Positions 61,112-64,000 of a stretch of DNA of 64,000 bases are shown one piece after another. The stretch spans positions 352,001 to 416,000 of the forward strand of contig CAVTBV010000012.1 in assembly GCA_963733095.1 (NCBI GenBank). Direction: 5' to 3'. Below the pieces are notes generated by a model. It searched no databases. It was not told where the DNA came from and saw nothing but the letters and a program-made list of their open reading frames with translations. The stretch's first letter is position 1, and the number at the start of each line of letters is the position of its first letter. Origin of the DNA: Candidatus Bathyarchaeota archaeon. Lineage in GTDB: Archaea; Thermoproteota; Bathyarchaeia; Bathyarchaeales; Bathycorpusculaceae. The position numbers were made by a program, and so were the translations under genes.

Positions 61112-61642
61112 TTAATCTGCAATTTCAACGCGTAAAGACATTTTACGTACTTTACTGGCAATTTCCTTCAAAGCTTTAAGGTCAAAGGGTAGCTGCGCGC
61201 CACGTTTCCTCTTAAGAATTACCCGTGTTTCGGTGGTTCCATCCGGAAGCCAGATAGTGTTGATGGTTAAGATGCTGAAGGGTACGAAGAGGTCTTCGAG
61301 GAATTTGCGGTCGTCAACTCCATATTCGAGTACGCGGACGTTTTTGCCTGTTTCGTCTCCGAGGGTTTTGACGATTTTGCCGCCGTAACCTAAAAGTTTA
61401 GGGACATCTCCATGTCCGACGAGGATGGCCAAGGTTTTTTCAACCTCAACTGCCTTGTAGAAGCAGACGTTTTGCAGGGAAGGATATTTTTCTTCCATAG
61501 AGAGCAGTAGGCGAGCTACTTTCAGGTCTATGTCGCTGATTTCGCCAGCTTTGACTTTGGCCGAACATTTTTGGCATAGTATGCCGCTTTTTAGGCAGAA
61601 ACTGCATAGTTCTGTTTTCATTTGGTGTCGTTTTTCCTGCAA
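61112..61642 (-). CDS. NusA-like KH-domain protein with N-terminal Cys cluster
   Basis: CSFCLKSGILCQKC and LLGYGGKIVK GxxG loop, upstream of aspS. Confidence 0.75.
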   Translation of the reverse strand: MQEKRHQMKTELCSFCLKSGILCQKCSAKVKAGEISDIDLKVARLLLSMEEKYPSLQNVCFYKAVEVEKTLAILVGHGDVPKLLGYGGKIVKTLGDETGKNVRVLEYGVDDRKFLEDLFVPFSILTINTIWLPDGTTETRVILKRKRGAQLPFDLKALKEIASKVRKMSLRVEIAD

Positions 61643-61670
61643 AGAAGGAGTTTAGCTAAAGTTCCATGAT

Positions 61671-61958
61671 TTATCTCATCAGCGTTATTTCTATGGTGCT
61701 GACGTTGGTTGCGGTGTTGCCGTCTTCTTGGTCTTGCGGTAGGAATTGGTCAGTTCCGATGCTGATGCTTTTTATTTTGGCATCTGGCAGAAATCGGTGT
61801 CTAACTACTTCGGCGACGTCGATTGCCCGGCTGATTGATCGTCCGCGTGCTTTGATACTGACTTCTTTTGCTCCGCCGTGAAAAAATGTAATGCAGGCGA
61901 GGACATAGTTCATTATTGGCTTTTTGCCTATTAAGACTGCGCTGATGTCTTCTGTCAC
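61671..61958 (-). CDS. albA: DNA/RNA-binding protein Alba
   Basis: [27 protein letters not shown] and VSTIEI. Confidence 0.95.
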   Translation of the reverse strand: MTEDISAVLIGKKPIMNYVLACITFFHGGAKEVSIKARGRSISRAIDVAEVVRHRFLPDAKIKSISIGTDQFLPQDQEDGNTATNVSTIEITLMR

Positions 61959-62298
61959 GGTTCCGCTACACTCCTAGTTTACTTTTAAGTGGCTTGACTT
62001 ATGCTTTTTTTCAAAATAAATACATTGTGGTGTTTAGTTTGTGTTATCGCTGAGGTGAAATTCGGCAGGTTTCCGAAATTAACGATGATTTTTTACATAT
62101 TAATAACTGATAAAAAAAATCAATACGACCGCCCCCTTAACCGTTCCAAACATCATTTTAACGATTGGAATGCCAATTACTGACCTGCCTCTCTATCGGT
62201 TCAGCATAGAGAATCTAATAGGATCCAAATATTCTAAACTACTTTGGGGAATCCAGCTAAACAAGGTAAAAAAATAAATTACAATGCTTTGCGAATTC

Positions 62299-63750
62299 TT
62301 AGACGTTATTTCTGGATTGTTTGAAGAGTTCTGCAATATATCCGTTGACGGTTTTTTCGTGGTTTTTCGCGATTCTTTTTACAGCGTCATTTATTCCTGT
62401 GGAGTATTGCACAGCTTTTTTTGGTTTCTCCGACATTAAACTGGACATTCCGACATTCAAAGCCATCTGTCTTAGCACAAGCTTCCGCCGTGTGTCGGTT
62501 TTATTCTCGATCTTCAAATCAACAGGCAAACTCATCGCAAACGCTGCCAAATCAAAGGAGCCAAAAGGCACTCGCAACTCGACATCGTGGAAACTGGTGA
62601 TTTTTAAGTCACGCTCAAGGTTTCTCTCATGAATCCTGACAACATCATCAAACATTGTTTTCCTTACTTTTTCGTTTCCATCCTTGCAGAATTCGTTAAC
62701 GTAGCGTTGGTAGCCGCCGAACAATTCATCCGCGCCCTGCCCAGCCAACATCACCTTAAAACCTGCCTCAGCCGCCTTCTCTGAAACCCAATAAAACGGC
62801 ACTCCAATACTTGCCTTAACTGGGTCAGGTTCCTCGATTAGCTCAACAACTTTAGGCAAAGTTTTTTCCACGTCAGAATCCTTAAACAAATCCACCTGCA
62901 AGGGCAAATTCAACGCCTCTGCAGCTTCGATGGCATCTTCGGTTTCCTCTTGATTCTCTAAACTCACATGAAACAGGTTAACTTTTATTCCGCATTTGTT
63001 TGCCAAAAAAGCCACTAAACTACTGTCCAACCCTCCTGAAAACGCGACCGCAACTTCCTTTAAGCCGAGCACTCGCCGCTTAATTGACCCTGTGAGTAGA
63101 ACTTGGAGCTGTTTGGCGGCTTCATCCATTGTTATGGGTTTGGGTTCTGTGGGAGATAGGGTTTTGATTAGTTTGAATTTGAAGCCTTCTTTGTTAACGA
63201 AAGCAAGGTTGCCGGGAGAAAAAGAGAGCGGGTTTTCTATTCCGAGTTTCCAGAGGGCTTTTCGGTTTGTGGCAAAAGCGGCCACGTCTCTGTTTTCGCC
63301 AAAGTAGAGAGGTTGAACTCCGATTGGGTCTCTTCCTGCGGCAACCCAGCCTTCTTTTAGCATAAGGAACATGTAGACTCCATCTGCTTGCTCCATCAAG
63401 GTTTGCAAAGTAGCTTCACAGTGAAGCGGTTCCTTGGCAATCTGTTCCGTAACAGCGTTTTTTGGGACTGACGAATACACTCTGCCTTCGAATAAAAGCG
63501 AGGTATCATCCAACTGCAAATGTTCATAGTCATTTGACGATTTGGGTTTTGAGGTAACGTAGCCTGCGACGGTTGATGATTTTAAGCCCTGTTTTCTTAT
63601 GATTTCAACGTTTTTCTCAAACAGGCTTTTCTTTGGTGTAATTAACCCAAAACGCGGTGGCGCGAAAACATCCAACGAGTTTAACAAGTTAAGTACCCTT
63701 TCAACTGCGCTATCGCCGTTTTTATCTAAAACTGCAAGTGTAACTTTCAT
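62299..63750 (-). CDS. Asparagine synthetase B-like protein (degenerate glutaminase domain)
   Basis: RDPIGVQPLY, FSGGLDSS, GQGADELFGGY and KKAVQYSTG. No N-terminal Cys. Confidence 0.8.
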   Translation of the reverse strand: MKVTLAVLDKNGDSAVERVLNLLNSLDVFAPPRFGLITPKKSLFEKNVEIIRKQGLKSSTVAGYVTSKPKSSNDYEHLQLDDTSLLFEGRVYSSVPKNAVTEQIAKEPLHCEATLQTLMEQADGVYMFLMLKEGWVAAGRDPIGVQPLYFGENRDVAAFATNRKALWKLGIENPLSFSPGNLAFVNKEGFKFKLIKTLSPTEPKPITMDEAAKQLQVLLTGSIKRRVLGLKEVAVAFSGGLDSSLVAFLANKCGIKVNLFHVSLENQEETEDAIEAAEALNLPLQVDLFKDSDVEKTLPKVVELIEEPDPVKASIGVPFYWVSEKAAEAGFKVMLAGQGADELFGGYQRYVNEFCKDGNEKVRKTMFDDVVRIHERNLERDLKITSFHDVELRVPFGSFDLAAFAMSLPVDLKIENKTDTRRKLVLRQMALNVGMSSLMSEKPKKAVQYSTGINDAVKRIAKNHEKTVNGYIAELFKQSRNNV

Positions 63751-63844
63751 GCCTCATCAACCCAACGCTACTTGCATTGTGTTAGTGCATTGGTAAAACA
63801 TTAATCTTTAATCTGCATAACCTTAGCTTTGAGGTTACAAATAC

Positions 63845-64000
63845 TTGCCTATCCTGCCAATCGATACTGGTCGTTATGGAACGCCAGACATTCTCAAGAT
63901 TTTTGAAGAAGAAACCCGCGTCCAGAAGCTGCTCGATGTTGAAGCTGCTTTAGCTTTAGCGCATGCTGAAGTAGGAAACATATCAAGGAAGGATGCTGAA
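63845..64000 (+). CDS. purB: Adenylosuccinate lyase, N-terminus (runs off window)
   Basis: TTG start; translates MPILPIDTGRYGTPDILKIFEEETRVQKLLDVEAALALAHAEVGNI. Confidence 0.8.
   Translation, partial: MPILPIDTGRYGTPDILKIFEEETRVQKLLDVEAALALAHAEVGNISRKDAE

Noticed and set aside
62044-62210. GCTGA...TCAGC and GGCAGGT/ACCTGCC pairings with AATGCCAA; possible fifth BHB element
   Set aside because: Helices flanking the putative bulges do not pair and the length is much greater. Probably chance, though worth scoring with the covariance model.

Overview
Gene-dense, AT-rich archaeal chromosomal segment, most consistent with Bathyarchaeia. Supporting genes are TFB, Gar1, L7Ae/S28e/L24e/L40e, Alba, archaeal AspRS, an MtrH-like methyltransferase with a corrinoid protein, and expanded PQQ-like beta-propeller surface proteins. 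The left 15 kb holds four paralogous ~870-930 aa secreted, C-terminally anchored beta-propeller genes (one frameshifted), plus a TrmB regulator and a HemN-like radical SAM. The main unexplained signal is a family of ~100-nt structured non-coding elements upstream of these paralogs (3728-3832, 6790-6909, 9716-9824, degenerate 15116-15184). On the minus strand the three intact copies close with a canonical or near-canonical archaeal bulge-helix-bulge (BHB; GCUG/CAGC helix, 3-nt bulges). Each carries an anti-Shine-Dalgarno plus anti-AUG sequence complementary to the start region of the paralog beginning at 14903. This suggests splicing-endonuclease-processed, possibly circular, antisense RNAs that regulate a surface-protein family; that model is inference. 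The rest of the window encodes an isolated rnfDC pair, bacterial-type MetK, several radical SAM enzymes, CbiZ, two tandem GT-C-like membrane proteins, a DAP-aminotransferase lysine operon, housekeeping genes and several small pseudogenes. No tRNA, rRNA, CRISPR array or transposase was recognised.
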